In this document: in pieces, positions 23,565-33,034 of the stretch | Position numbering within the stretch: the first letter of the stretch is position 1 | How the letters are laid out: each line of letters opens with the position of its first letter | Virus record (IMG/VR): IMGVR_UViG_3300031992_002320 | Length of the DNA: 34,722 nucleotides | Reading direction: 5' to 3' (one strand) | DNA from: an uncultured virus (IMG/VR IMGVR_UViG_3300031992_002320) | Taxonomy: Duplodnaviria > Heunggongvirae > Uroviricota > Caudoviricetes | The notes under the pieces: generated by a model | The model's database searches: none | What the model was told of the DNA's origin: nothing | Seen by the model: the letters and a program-made list of their open reading frames with translations, nothing else | Made by a program: the position numbers and the translations under genes

Positions 23565-26500
23565 ATGATTAAGGTTTCGGATGTGTTCAAGGGGATACCT
23601 AATGAGTCGGGTAGTGATGCCTCTGGGTTTACTTCGTGTGGCTGTTTTGGTGCCTTTGTGTGTGTTAAGAATGCTGGTGGGGCCTTGTGGGAGACGCGTG
23701 TCATCTTCCATGGGCGTTTTTCGGATGGTAACAAGCGCACTTGGGCGTGTGCCAAGTGTGATGTTCCCTTTGAGGGTGTTGAGCCGGAATCTTACATAGC
23801 CACAGTTGGTAAGGTTTTGAGGGGTGAAAGCGTTTGGCATTTCACCAACTTAAGGTTCGTTTCTTTTGTGTGTGACTCGGATGAGACGGCCAGAATGGTG
23901 CAGGGATATGCTCAGGCAAATCCTTGTTTTGCCGGTTATGGCACTTATTGGATTGCCGTTGTGGATCCGATGTCACAGCGTTGGTTCTCAAATATCTTTG
24001 TTAATGATGCGGAGGGTGAGAAGTTACTCAGCCTCCGTGATTACAGAGGTGGTTGGGGTTCTGGTTATGGTGCTCTGCAGGGTGTTGAGGGTGCTGTGGT
24101 TAAGCAGATGAGTGAGTGTGGTGGACCTTTGGAGTTCGGTAAGGTTTCCGAGCTTTTCCCGGAGTTCAAGAGTTTGAGTGTGGAGGCTGCCGAGGCATTG
24201 AAGGCGCATCCGTCTGTGAAGATGTCCAATCATCCCACAACTCTTTCGAAGGACCATCCTTTGGCGTTTTTGTGTTTGAAGATTGGTAACTACTATGCTG
24301 AGGATTCTAATCTTCTTGCATGGGCGAAGTCCAATGCGATTATCCTTGATACGGATTTTACGGATGATACCATTAAGGCTTTCGGTGAGTGTCTTGCGGC
24401 TAAGCCGGCGGAGGAGTTAGGCAACTTGCTTGAGGATGCTATGAAGCCTACGGAGCCGAAGAAGGTTGAGGATGATTTGTCAAATGATCCAAGTGTTATT
24501 GATGGTGTGACTGGTATCAAGCAGGTGTGGGAGAGGTTATATCGTGATAAGCGTGTGGGTGTTGTTTGCCACGAGGGAATTCTTACGATTTCAAATCGTG
24601 AGGTATCTCTTATCAGTGATGCGGTGTACCATCCGTTTGCCGAGGTATTCAGTGGGCGTTTGAGTTGGTATGCTGACGGTGGTTATAGCATGGAGGCTTT
24701 GGATCTTTTTGGTTCTGATGGTTCATTGCTTGTTAGTTGGGTACCGATGCTTCATGCGATGCTCTCGCGTTGGACACTTACTGCACCTCTTGTTGATGAG
24801 ACTCATGCCTTTCAGACATTTTCCAATATGTGGAAAGGTGGTTTGGAGAAGTGGGTTAAGGGTGTTGTTATACAGGGTTATAAGTTAGGTGTGCAGATTT
24901 CTGATATTGTGGATTTGTTCTGTCGTACCTCTTTAGTATATAATTATGGTTATGGTCAGTTGTTCTTGCAGGGTTATGATACCGTGAAGGATAGTTCCGT
25001 GGATGTCAATGCTCTTAAGGTGGAGATTATGGATGATACTGAGAGCTGTAGAGCCTTGCAGGTTGCTTTTCCCGACTGGAGTGTGAAGCGTAAGGATTCG
25101 GTTGTTGTTACATCTTCTGTGGGCAGTTCTTCTACTGATAGATTCATCAATGTAATTTCTGATAAGGCTAAGTATGGTGCAAGACCTGTGTTTGCGTATC
25201 AGTTGTTAATGGATGATATTATGCGTGCCAAGGCTTCGGGTGAGCAGTATAAGTTCGATCCGGATTCCGTACCGATTGGTGTGGGTATGGATGGTATTCC
25301 GTTCCGTCTGGTTTTAAAGGACTTGATCACGGACCTTATTATTCGAGCTGGTTCTCGAAGTGGTAAGGGTGTTCTTACACAGTATGTTCTCACATGTATC
25401 ATGTTGTATGGTGGCGAGCCCGTTTATATCGATGGTAAGCCGGATACTATCTTCAGTTTGGTTTCCTTGTTTGATTCTTGTGGTATTCCCTTTGTTGGTG
25501 GTGATACTACTAAGACTGGACCGGGTGTGCTTGGGCATAAGTTGTGGGAAGGTGGAACTGTAGAGGCTGATCTCGAGAGTGAGTATGATGCTTTCTTTGA
25601 TGAGTTGTGGGCGCCGGCGTGGGGGTTGACTGGTTTCGTTAATCCTATGGAGGTTCGTCGTTGTTTGTCTGCTATCAAGGCTATGTCATTGTTCCATCAG
25701 GCTTTCAGTCGTAGTAATGGTTTGACGGGTACACTTATTTGTGATGAGTGTACCGAGCAGTTTTTCAAGAACATAGGCGATTTCGCTGGTAGGGTTCATA
25801 CTGCGACCAAGGAGGTTGGTTTGAATCTTGAGTCTCTCAAGAAGAAGGGTGAGGATGTCAGTGCTTGGCAGCGTCTGTATGATTGGTTGTCCTCAATTGA
25901 TTTTGCATTGAGTGATGTTGTTCGTCTGCCAGCGGGTATTCATAACACCTTTAATATGTATGGTGCTACGGTTATCATGATTGGTCAGGAGAAAAAAGCT
26001 GAGAAGGGTGATGTTGAGGTTGGTGGTAGGGATATGTTTGACATGCCTACTCGTCACACTCTGATTGGTCGTGAGATGGTTGGTACCGACGCACAGAGGA
26101 CGTTTACGACTACGAATGATTTGCACGTGCCGGGGCGTTTGCCTTATGCCCATGTTATTGATACTGGTGTGTTCTGTTGGGCCGAGAAGGATCTTACACT
26201 TGAGAGTGCGAAGGGTACCGTGTTTAGGTCGGGTTTATTGCTTACGAAGAACGATGTACCACCGACGAGAGATGCGTTGTATGAGAAGATTAAGTCTCGT
26301 GATTTAATTGAGGGTAAGGGAAGTTTTGCTGAGCCTATTGTTGCGAGGGCAACTCTTGGTGCATCTGAGGAGGATATACAGGAGTTGTTGGATCAGCTTT
26401 ATGTTACCGAGGAGTTGGCACAGCATTTGAATGAGTTTGGTATTACAGTTGCTGTTGGTCAGCCTAATCCTTTGGTTGAATTCAAGGGCTTTACCGAATA

Positions 26501-27827
26501 CTGTTTGGCTGTTACTGGCCAGACTTTGGAGAGTAAGCATGCAATAGCGGATTGGTGTATCGATTATCTTGCCTCTCTTGGTTTCACAGGTGATCTGGTT
26601 CGTGGTTATCTTTTTGATGATCGTGTGCCGGTTCTTACCAAGCATTGTAACTGGGTTTCTCGTCTTGGGGGTGCTACAGCCGGGCCTGCAACGCCCGTGA
26701 GTGTGGGTAAGATAAATTTCGAGTCTGCGGATGGTAAGGTTGTAGAGACGCCTGCTGCCGGACCTGTCAAACCCGTGGTTCAGCCGGAGTCTATGGCACA
26801 GCCCGTGGCCCCGGATATTCCGATTAAGTTCGAGGAGCCTACGACCAAGCTCAAGCCGGTTGAGAGTATGCCGCCCGTAGTGGATGATGGTGGTATAGCT
26901 TTTGAGACGGTGAACAGGGATGGTGGTGTGCCTAATGCGAGTGTTCCGAATGCATCTGCGGGGGCTGTATTTGAAGATGTAGGGGCTGGAGCAGGTGGTG
27001 AGCCTCCTATTGTGGATGTTCCGGTGTCTGATTCGGCTTCTGTTGGTGCCGCAGGTGGTGGGGTTAATCCTACCGTGGGTGGTGCTGGTCCTGTTGTTAA
27101 TTCCGCTGATGTAGGTGGTGGTAATATGTTCGGAGCCGCTGTTGGATCTGTAGATGCGGGTATGCCCGTAGTGGGTATTTCATATTCTGATGGTGTATTT
27201 ACCTCAAGGCGTTATCAGAAGCTGATGCGTGATACGAGTCCTGCGGGGCGTCATAAGGCCTTGGAGTATGTTTGTGGCTGTACGGTTGATGCTTTGGTGA
27301 GCAGCCTTGGTGATGATTATGCCGTGGTGCGTGGTTTGAAGTTCCATAATAACGGTGTTGAGATTGGTGGCAAGTTCTATGGTATGGCTGGTTTCTATGA
27401 TCGTTTGGAGCTTTATCAGATGGCGCAGCGTTTTGGCAATATCACTTGGTTGATGTTCAGTGAGGGTGCCTATAGGAGTCTTGTAGCATTGCGTGGTTTG
27501 ATTTGCAGTGATCTGTTCGAGATGTTCCCGGCGCTCAACTCGGTTCAGGTGGTTGATAAGGTCTACAGCAGGGAGATGTGTACCGAGGATGCCAAGGATG
27601 CATCTGAACGTCGAGGATTTGGCAGACGTCTTGAGGGTGCGAAGCTTCGTTTTGGTGGGCGTAGGCGTAGGACCACTGCAAAGGAGGGTATGAAGAATCC
27701 GGCGAAGGTTGCTTGGAGAGAGTCTCTGAATTCGGGCCTCACTGACCACATGAAGAAGCTGTTCTCTGATGGTCATACTTTCCGTGGTGTTGCCTTCAGT
27801 ATCATCGGTGGGTTGTTTGTAAGATAA
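23565..27827 (+). CDS. 1420-aa multidomain protein with an FtsK/HerA/VirD4-superfamily-like P-loop ATPase domain
   Basis: LIIRAGSRSGKG (Walker A-like), VYIDGKPD, TLICDE (Walker B-like), VIMIGQ; Pro/Gly/Val-rich linker; basic C-terminus. Confidence 0.65.
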   Translation: MIKVSDVFKGIPNESGSDASGFTSCGCFGAFVCVKNAGGALWETRVIFHGRFSDGNKRTWACAKCDVPFEGVEPESYIATVGKVLRGESVWHFTNLRFVSFVCDSDETARMVQGYAQANPCFAGYGTYWIAVVDPMSQRWFSNIFVNDAEGEKLLSLRDYRGGWGSGYGALQGVEGAVVKQMSECGGPLEFGKVSELFPEFKSLSVEAAEALKAHPSVKMSNHPTTLSKDHPLAFLCLKIGNYYAEDSNLLAWAKSNAIILDTDFTDDTIKAFGECLAAKPAEELGNLLEDAMKPTEPKKVEDDLSNDPSVIDGVTGIKQVWERLYRDKRVGVVCHEGILTISNREVSLISDAVYHPFAEVFSGRLSWYADGGYSMEALDLFGSDGSLLVSWVPMLHAMLSRWTLTAPLVDETHAFQTFSNMWKGGLEKWVKGVVIQGYKLGVQISDIVDLFCRTSLVYNYGYGQLFLQGYDTVKDSSVDVNALKVEIMDDTESCRALQVAFPDWSVKRKDSVVVTSSVGSSSTDRFINVISDKAKYGARPVFAYQLLMDDIMRAKASGEQYKFDPDSVPIGVGMDGIPFRLVLKDLITDLIIRAGSRSGKGVLTQYVLTCIMLYGGEPVYIDGKPDTIFSLVSLFDSCGIPFVGGDTTKTGPGVLGHKLWEGGTVEADLESEYDAFFDELWAPAWGLTGFVNPMEVRRCLSAIKAMSLFHQAFSRSNGLTGTLICDECTEQFFKNIGDFAGRVHTATKEVGLNLESLKKKGEDVSAWQRLYDWLSSIDFALSDVVRLPAGIHNTFNMYGATVIMIGQEKKAEKGDVEVGGRDMFDMPTRHTLIGREMVGTDAQRTFTTTNDLHVPGRLPYAHVIDTGVFCWAEKDLTLESAKGTVFRSGLLLTKNDVPPTRDALYEKIKSRDLIEGKGSFAEPIVARATLGASEEDIQELLDQLYVTEELAQHLNEFGITVAVGQPNPLVEFKGFTEYCLAVTGQTLESKHAIADWCIDYLASLGFTGDLVRGYLFDDRVPVLTKHCNWVSRLGGATAGPATPVSVGKINFESADGKVVETPAAGPVKPVVQPESMAQPVAPDIPIKFEEPTTKLKPVESMPPVVDDGGIAFETVNRDGGVPNASVPNASAGAVFEDVGAGAGGEPPIVDVPVSDSASVGAAGGGVNPTVGGAGPVVNSADVGGGNMFGAAVGSVDAGMPVVGISYSDGVFTSRRYQKLMRDTSPAGRHKALEYVCGCTVDALVSSLGDDYAVVRGLKFHNNGVEIGGKFYGMAGFYDRLELYQMAQRFGNITWLMFSEGAYRSLVALRGLICSDLFEMFPALNSVQVVDKVYSREMCTEDAKDASERRGFGRRLEGAKLRFGGRRRRTTAKEGMKNPAKVAWRESLNSGLTDHMKKLFSDGHTFRGVAFSIIGGLFVR

Positions 27828-27855
27828 TGTTATATCGAATTTGGGTATATTTTGG

Positions 27856-27904
27856 TTGACAAGAGCCTCTTTATGTGCTATATTAAGCATGTAGAGAGGC
27901 TTTT
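27856..27904 (+). promoter_or_regulatory. sigmaA-type promoter overlapping a 19-bp terminator-like hairpin
   Basis: TTGACA(27856)-17-TATATT(27879), preceded by TG; stem AAGAGCCTCTTTATGTGCT/AGCATGTAGAGAGGCTTTT. Confidence 0.75.
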
Positions 27905-27924
27905 ATTTAAGTTAGGAGGTTTAT

Positions 27925-28278
27925 ATGGGTATCAATTTCATTGATGGTTGTGGGTATGAGTATTCCGAGTTCGAGGGAATTACAGAGGAGAGATTATCGG
28001 TGTTAAGGGATTATTCCTTTATCAATGGTTGTGATGATTTTTATGACTTCAAGTTTTATATGGATATGAATACGCCGGATGATGATGAGGTTGGTACAGT
28101 CACATCGGTGTGGATGGATAGAACTGGGAGATTTCCGTTGGATAATGTTGGTGCCATCAAACATTGGGGTTTATCAAATGTCATTCGATTTATTATCGGT
28201 TTTGATGAATATCTCCGAGTAGGAGGGATGGAGAGTGTGTTTAAGGATTATGCCGAGAAACATCCCAAGGTAGGTTGA
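27925..28278 (+). CDS. Hypothetical acidic protein
   Basis: AGGAGG RBS; 117 aa; first gene after the promoter. Confidence 0.75.
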   Translation: MGINFIDGCGYEYSEFEGITEERLSVLRDYSFINGCDDFYDFKFYMDMNTPDDDEVGTVTSVWMDRTGRFPLDNVGAIKHWGLSNVIRFIIGFDEYLRVGGMESVFKDYAEKHPKVG

Positions 28279-28331
28279 TGTGTGTGTTGGTTGGATTTTT
28301 ATTCAAGGTTTTTTGATCGGAGGGAGAAAAT

Positions 28332-29375
28332 ATGGCTAAGCTGCGTGTGAATGAAACTCTCAATAGTGTGCGTGATGCGGGGCTCTATATGAGTGAGCAG
28401 GATTACAAGGACCTCTTGGAGGCCACGATGTGTGTTGCCCACTTACATAAGGATTCTATGGATGATTTCAAGAAGCTGAGTGAAAGGGCAAGGAGGATTC
28501 TTAATAGGCTCGGTGAGATCATGTTTGATGGTATGAATGATGATCCTGAGGCGTTTATTGGGAGCGTGAGGGTTCATCTGCTTAGTCAGTTGTTTGCGTA
28601 TCGTTGGTCGCATTCCAATCGTGTGTTTATGCTGGATAAGGATTTTGCGGAGGCTCTGTTGGCTACGGATGGTATCAGCATGAGTCGTTATTCATATGAG
28701 CATCTTCCTTGGGATACTTTCGTTCTGCAGTTCGAGGGTACTCCGTTGGAAGGTCAGTTTGATGATATTGAGTGGGTGGCTTGCTATGCGGCGCCTACCA
28801 ATCAGTTGTTCTTTAATCTCTGTAGTCGCCGTGGTATCGAGTGCGTTATGATCCCTATTAAGGGTGGGAACGAGCCCGAGGATATCGTGGTGGATAATTT
28901 GGATAGCATGTATGGTGCGGATTGTGCCGGTGTGGTGTTTGGGGAGGCCGAGGATGGTTCTCTGCGAGAGTCCTTGCATACTACGAAGTTCCCGGATGGC
29001 AGTGTGAATGCCATCATGATCATGCTTCAGCTTATGAATTACTTTACCTCCGAGGATAAGGATATAGTTGCACGGGTTCAGACCGCGAAATCTCGTTCTG
29101 TAGATAAAAAAGGCCAAGTGAGAACAACTCGTGTTGAGGAGTGTATTTGTAAGGTAGGTTATACTGTGGGGGCATCCATTCGAGCCTTTAACACTGTTCA
29201 GGCTGGTACTGTGGATCCTAATTCTAAAGGATCCAAGAAGAGACCTCATATGCGTCGTGCCCATTGGCATCATTTTTGGACTGGCAAGGGGAGAACGATT
29301 TACAGTGTGCGTTGGGTTTCGCCCATGTTAATTCATGGGGATGAGAAGGGTGCCATCACGGTTCATAAATCTTAA
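28332..29375 (+). CDS. AcrVA2-like protein (347 aa)
   Basis: C-terminal RPHMRRAHWHHFWTG...VRWVSP resembles the AcrVA2-family motif as recalled; upstream W.....VF.LD......L segment; similar size. Confidence 0.55.
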   Translation: MAKLRVNETLNSVRDAGLYMSEQDYKDLLEATMCVAHLHKDSMDDFKKLSERARRILNRLGEIMFDGMNDDPEAFIGSVRVHLLSQLFAYRWSHSNRVFMLDKDFAEALLATDGISMSRYSYEHLPWDTFVLQFEGTPLEGQFDDIEWVACYAAPTNQLFFNLCSRRGIECVMIPIKGGNEPEDIVVDNLDSMYGADCAGVVFGEAEDGSLRESLHTTKFPDGSVNAIMIMLQLMNYFTSEDKDIVARVQTAKSRSVDKKGQVRTTRVEECICKVGYTVGASIRAFNTVQAGTVDPNSKGSKKRPHMRRAHWHHFWTGKGRTIYSVRWVSPMLIHGDEKGAITVHKS

Positions 29376-29397
29376 TCATTTAAGAGGAGGTGTGCGT

Positions 29398-29565
29398 ATG
29401 GCTAAGGATTGGTTCATATCATCGGATAACACTCATGTGGTTTTCATCTTCGAGGAGGGTGAAGTCACGGTGCCTAAGGAGGATTTTGATCGTGCCTTTG
29501 GTACGTTGGTCAACATGGACTATGAGCAGATGAAGGCGGAGTACGGCAAAAAGGGAACTAAATAA
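29398..29565 (+). CDS. Small hypothetical protein (55 aa)
   Basis: GAGGAGG RBS before ATG 29398. Confidence 0.7.
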   Translation: MAKDWFISSDNTHVVFIFEEGEVTVPKEDFDRAFGTLVNMDYEQMKAEYGKKGTK

Positions 29566-29582
29566 GATTGGAGGGTAGTTTA

Positions 29583-30038
29583 ATGCTTTATTTGTCAGGG
29601 CCTATGACGGGCAAGGAGAATTGGAACAGTGCGGCTTTTAATGAGGTTGCTGGGATTTTGGAGAGTGAGGGTGAGAAGGTGTACTCACCGGTGTCATCCA
29701 TAGGTGTGGGTGTCACGCTTGGTTATAATGCGGCACTGCTCATTGACTTTCTCGCCATTGGTCAGGCGGATGCAATTGTACTTCTGCCGGGTTATGAGAG
29801 TAGTGTTGGTTGTGCGGCGGAGATTGCGGCTGCAATCGACATGGGTAAGGAGATTTATGTCTGGAGTGAGAATAGGCGTGTGAAGATGTCACACAGTGAG
29901 ATGGAGCAGCATGCTCGTTTCCGTAGGGGTACCAAGGATGTGTATCGTGCCTATAAGAACTTGGACAGGGTAGCCAAGGGAGCCTTTGCGCCTGTGAAGG
30001 AGTTTGGGGAAGCTTTGGATGCCGTTTCGGGGGAGTAG
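29583..30038 (+). CDS. DUF4406-like (nucleoside deoxyribosyltransferase-like fold) protein
   Basis: LYLSGPMTG..NWN..AF; ADAIVLLPGYESSVGCAAE. Confidence 0.8.
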   Translation: MLYLSGPMTGKENWNSAAFNEVAGILESEGEKVYSPVSSIGVGVTLGYNAALLIDFLAIGQADAIVLLPGYESSVGCAAEIAAAIDMGKEIYVWSENRRVKMSHSEMEQHARFRRGTKDVYRAYKNLDRVAKGAFAPVKEFGEALDAVSGE

Positions 30039-30041
30039 TCT

Positions 30042-30341
30042 ATGGGTAGTGTTGTTAAGCAGATTCGGTCTGGTACCAAGGAGAAGAGTAAGCTTCTTTT
30101 CTATGTGCTGGATGATGGTCGGTGGGTGACCTCACACGAGTTAATGGATATGATGCGTAACGGGGAGGAGTTTGATAATGCAAGGATCAGGCAGTCTCCC
30201 GGACATCCGGCGCAGGTTTATGCCAATATTCCGAGTTCTGTTGAGCCACAGTATCTTGCGGGTAATATCACGGCCTCTTGGGTGCGTCGTGTGGCAGAGT
30301 TACGCCAGCTTTGGGATGCCGAGGTTAGACTGATTTCGTGA
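30042..30341 (+). CDS. Hypothetical protein (weakly DUF3892-like)
   Basis: 99-aa ORF with GGAG RBS; YVLDDG..VT..E....M..G pattern. Confidence 0.6.
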   Translation: MGSVVKQIRSGTKEKSKLLFYVLDDGRWVTSHELMDMMRNGEEFDNARIRQSPGHPAQVYANIPSSVEPQYLAGNITASWVRRVAELRQLWDAEVRLIS

Positions 30342-30392
30342 TTTTTAGCAAAATCGTGCTTTTGTGATTTTTTATATTTTTGATTTGTATTT

Positions 30393-30425
30393 AGTGCATG
30401 ACGCGAGTGCGTTGTGCACTTTTTT
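30393..30425 (+). terminator. Rho-independent terminator-like hairpin
   Basis: AGTGCATGACGC-GAGT-GCGTTGTGCACT followed by a T run. Confidence 0.7.
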
Positions 30426-30464
30426 GTCGCAAATCTATTTTTCTTTCATAGGAGGTAAATTGAG

Positions 30465-30788
30465 ATGATTAGTTTTACAGATGAAGAGATCAAGTATGCA
30501 AGAGCTATCGTAGCCGCTGTTGATGCTGTTGAGGCACATGAGGCACAGATCGCCGCAGACAAGGAAGCTGCTGCCAAGGCAAAGGCTAAGGCAAAGGCTA
30601 AAGCTGCACAGGCTAAGAAGGCTCCGGTTAAGAAGGCAGCACCTAAGGTTGCTAAGAAGGAGGCGCCTAAGAAGGTTAGTCTCAAGAAGCCCGAGGTTAA
30701 GAAGGCAGCACCTAAGAAGGTTGATCTCAAGAAGCCTGAGGTTAAGAAGGCTGAAGTTAAGACTGAGGCACCCGCTGAAGCAAAATAA
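30465..30788 (+). CDS. Histone H1-like Lys/Ala/Pro-rich protein
   Basis: KKAAPKK and LKKPEVKK repeats; AGGAGG RBS. Confidence 0.75.
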   Translation: MISFTDEEIKYARAIVAAVDAVEAHEAQIAADKEAAAKAKAKAKAKAAQAKKAPVKKAAPKVAKKEAPKKVSLKKPEVKKAAPKKVDLKKPEVKKAEVKTEAPAEAK

Positions 30789-30879
30789 GGAATTCTTGCA
30801 GGGGTGTAGTTATGTATTGTGAGGTGGGTAATCCGTGACCGGGTACCCACCTTGCAGACCGAATAGGAGGTAAATAGTT

Positions 30880-31071
30880 ATGCAGGTTAATACTACAGGA
30901 ACTAATAACAATGGAGCAGCTAACAATGGTCAGCCCAATGCTGGAGCCGGTGCTGTGAATGGCCAGAATGCGAATGGCCTTGGTGGAGTCAATGTCAGCG
31001 CGGACGATGAGAAGCGTCTTGACAATATGCCCGTGTGGAAGGGTGACGATTCTGGGAATGTAACCTTTTAA
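30880..31071 (+). CDS. Small Asn/Gly-rich low-complexity protein (63 aa)
   Basis: GGAGG RBS. Confidence 0.65.
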   Translation: MQVNTTGTNNNGAANNGQPNAGAGAVNGQNANGLGGVNVSADDEKRLDNMPVWKGDDSGNVTF

Positions 31072-31088
31072 GTGATCGGAGGGTTTGT

Positions 31089-32180
31089 ATGAAATTGAGG
31101 TTTTGTGCGGTTGGTGTTTGCCTTGCTCTTTGTATGACGGCACTTGCCGGTTGTTCTAATCCGAATGATGCCGAGGCCACGGCTGAGGTGCTGCCGTATG
31201 AGGAGTCTACCGAGGCTTCGGTATCAGAGGATATTGTGGATTATGAGTCGGAGTTTATGCAGGGTTACTTGGCGTCGGAGGATCCGTTGCTTAGGGCGGC
31301 TGGTTTTGTTGAGTTCGATGGGGGAGCCACTCTTGGGGCCATCGTCATTCGTTCTGATGAGGTGAATGACGACCTTATTGAGGGGGATTTCACCACGAGG
31401 TTCTCACAGGCGTTCAGTACCATCTATGAGGTGTTCTGTTCCGAGACTGCTCTTGGTTTTGTTGATGAGAAGGCTGGGGTGGTTATGATCATACCGATTG
31501 GGTATGGTGATGATGGAAAGATGTCCTTGGTTACGGAGCGTGGGGTACCCACGGATTCCCTTTGGGGTACCGAGTCTACCGAGGAGACCGATTGTATGCG
31601 AATTGTTTGTATCGACCTTTTTGGTGGTACTGCAATTGAGGGTACGGATTTAGGTTTCAACTATCCGATGTATAAGCTCAATGTTGCGGCTGCCGAGGTG
31701 GATAGGATTGTTTGTACATGTGATCCATTCCACACTCTCCATCAGGTTGCGGATGGCAATCGTGTGAGGTGGTATGTGGATGGTAGTACAGACCTTCAGA
31801 CGTTCTCAATCTATTACATGGCCTCCGATTTTGATGGTGTTGTGACACATACGGTTGATTCGGTTGATAGTAATACACTTTTTGGTGTTGAGGGCTATGG
31901 TGTGGCTGGTACTTTCCCGGCGGATCTCATTCTTGAGGAGCTTTGCCTTACTGATGCCTCTGCGGAGGTTTCGGAGGAGGGCGCAGATGAGTTCAATGCT
32001 GGTGAGGGAGAGTCAGCGGTACCCGATGGAGACCTTGTGAAGCGTAATGGGGTGCTCAGAGTAGTGACCGTAAGGTGCTTTAGTCAGGGTTTTGATTGGG
32101 TTGATCCGGATTCGGGTGAAGGTGTGGATTCCATGCTGGATAGTCTCGGAGTTCTGGAGTCGGCCATAGCGAATAAATAG
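31089..32180 (+). CDS. Acidic lipoprotein (363 aa)
   Basis: Signal peptide with LAG-C lipobox. Confidence 0.75.
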   Translation: MKLRFCAVGVCLALCMTALAGCSNPNDAEATAEVLPYEESTEASVSEDIVDYESEFMQGYLASEDPLLRAAGFVEFDGGATLGAIVIRSDEVNDDLIEGDFTTRFSQAFSTIYEVFCSETALGFVDEKAGVVMIIPIGYGDDGKMSLVTERGVPTDSLWGTESTEETDCMRIVCIDLFGGTAIEGTDLGFNYPMYKLNVAAAEVDRIVCTCDPFHTLHQVADGNRVRWYVDGSTDLQTFSIYYMASDFDGVVTHTVDSVDSNTLFGVEGYGVAGTFPADLILEELCLTDASAEVSEEGADEFNAGEGESAVPDGDLVKRNGVLRVVTVRCFSQGFDWVDPDSGEGVDSMLDSLGVLESAIANK

Positions 32181-32430
32181 TGGTATATGTCATTACTCCG
32201 AAAGGGTACTGGTATATCGAGATGGGTAAAATCGGGGTTAATGGTATCTTTTCAGGGTAGAATCGGGGATTATGGTATATCCGTAAGGACTTGATTCATG
32301 GCATTTGGTATTTGTACAAGTTATTTTCGGGGGTTTTGGTATTTCTCGCATGGGTAGTCACAGGGTTTATCGTATTTTTCGTATGGGTAGACCAAGTGGG
32401 TTCACAGCAGGGGTTCACCACAGGGTTTCA
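32181..32430. repeat. Degenerate tandem repeat with ~32-bp period
   Basis: TGGTAT at 32181, 32210, 32242, 32273, 32306, 32337 and TCGTAT at 32370; GGGTA(A/G)AATCGGGG twice; short GGGTT(T)CAC repeats follow. Confidence 0.65.
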
Positions 32431-32461
32431 CCGTAGGGTTAGACAGAGGAGGTTCTCGCAT

Positions 32462-32767
32462 ATGATCTTTTATCATGCTACGCCGCTTTCCAATTTGAAT
32501 TCGATATGTACGAGTGGGCTGAAGCTCAGTTGTGATGGTGTGGTGTACATGTGCAAGAAGCCGGAGGATTGCCTCAAGTTCGCCATGATGCACGGTGTTA
32601 TGTCGGTTTTGGTTTGTAAGGTTGATATTCCGAAGGAATGGGTGATTGAGACCTTTGATCACAGTGAAGCGTTCTTCAAGTGTCGGTGCTTTGGTTCGAC
32701 GAAGCCCATCCCGGTGAGCAAGATTAAGGACTATGTCCAATATGATCTGAGTTCTTGTTTCAGGTGA
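32462..32767 (+). CDS. Small ADP-ribosyltransferase-fold protein (KptA/Tpt1 NAD-binding domain- or DarT-like)
   Basis: FYHATPLSNLNSICTSGLK...GVVYM...A..., ending in IP...I; GAGGAGG RBS before ATG 32462. Confidence 0.65.
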   Translation: MIFYHATPLSNLNSICTSGLKLSCDGVVYMCKKPEDCLKFAMMHGVMSVLVCKVDIPKEWVIETFDHSEAFFKCRCFGSTKPIPVSKIKDYVQYDLSSCFR

Positions 32768-32795
32768 TGGTATATTCCTTTTGGGGTTTTGATTG

Positions 32796-32826
32796 GGAGA
32801 TGTGATGGAAAATCACATCTCTTTTT
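32796..32826 (+). terminator. Rho-independent terminator
   Basis: GGAGATGTGAT-GGAAA-ATCACATCTCT followed by a T run. Confidence 0.75.
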
Positions 32827-32860
32827 GTTTGTAGGGTTATTTTGCCTTTAGGGGATTTTT

Positions 32861-32918
32861 GGGGCCTCTATTTCGCTGCCGGTGGAGTGTTTGGATCCGG
32901 TGGTGGAATAGGGGCCTT
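32861..32918 (+). other. Long intergenic hairpin (~22 bp)
   Basis: GGGGCCTCTATTTCGCTGCCGG / CCGGTGGTGGAATAGGGGCCTT with several G-U pairs. Confidence 0.55.
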
Positions 32919-32980
32919 GTTTGATTGTGTTGGACTGTTTCTGTTTTACCAACTTTATTTTTGATTCTTTTTTGTTTTTC

Positions 32981-33034
32981 TTGACATTAGGAGTGAAAAG
33001 TGTTACATTTTTATGTGTAGAGTGTCACACTTTT
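32981..33034 (+). promoter_or_regulatory. sigmaA-type promoter with overlapping inverted repeat
   Basis: TTGACA-17-TACATT, preceded by TG; AAAAGTGTTACATT / AGTGTCACACTTTT inverted repeat (12 of 14 match). Confidence 0.7.

Noticed and set aside
32181..32430. CRISPR array
   Set aside because: Conserved cores are only ~6 bp, the period is ~32 bp, there is no repeat-spacer structure and no cas genes are present
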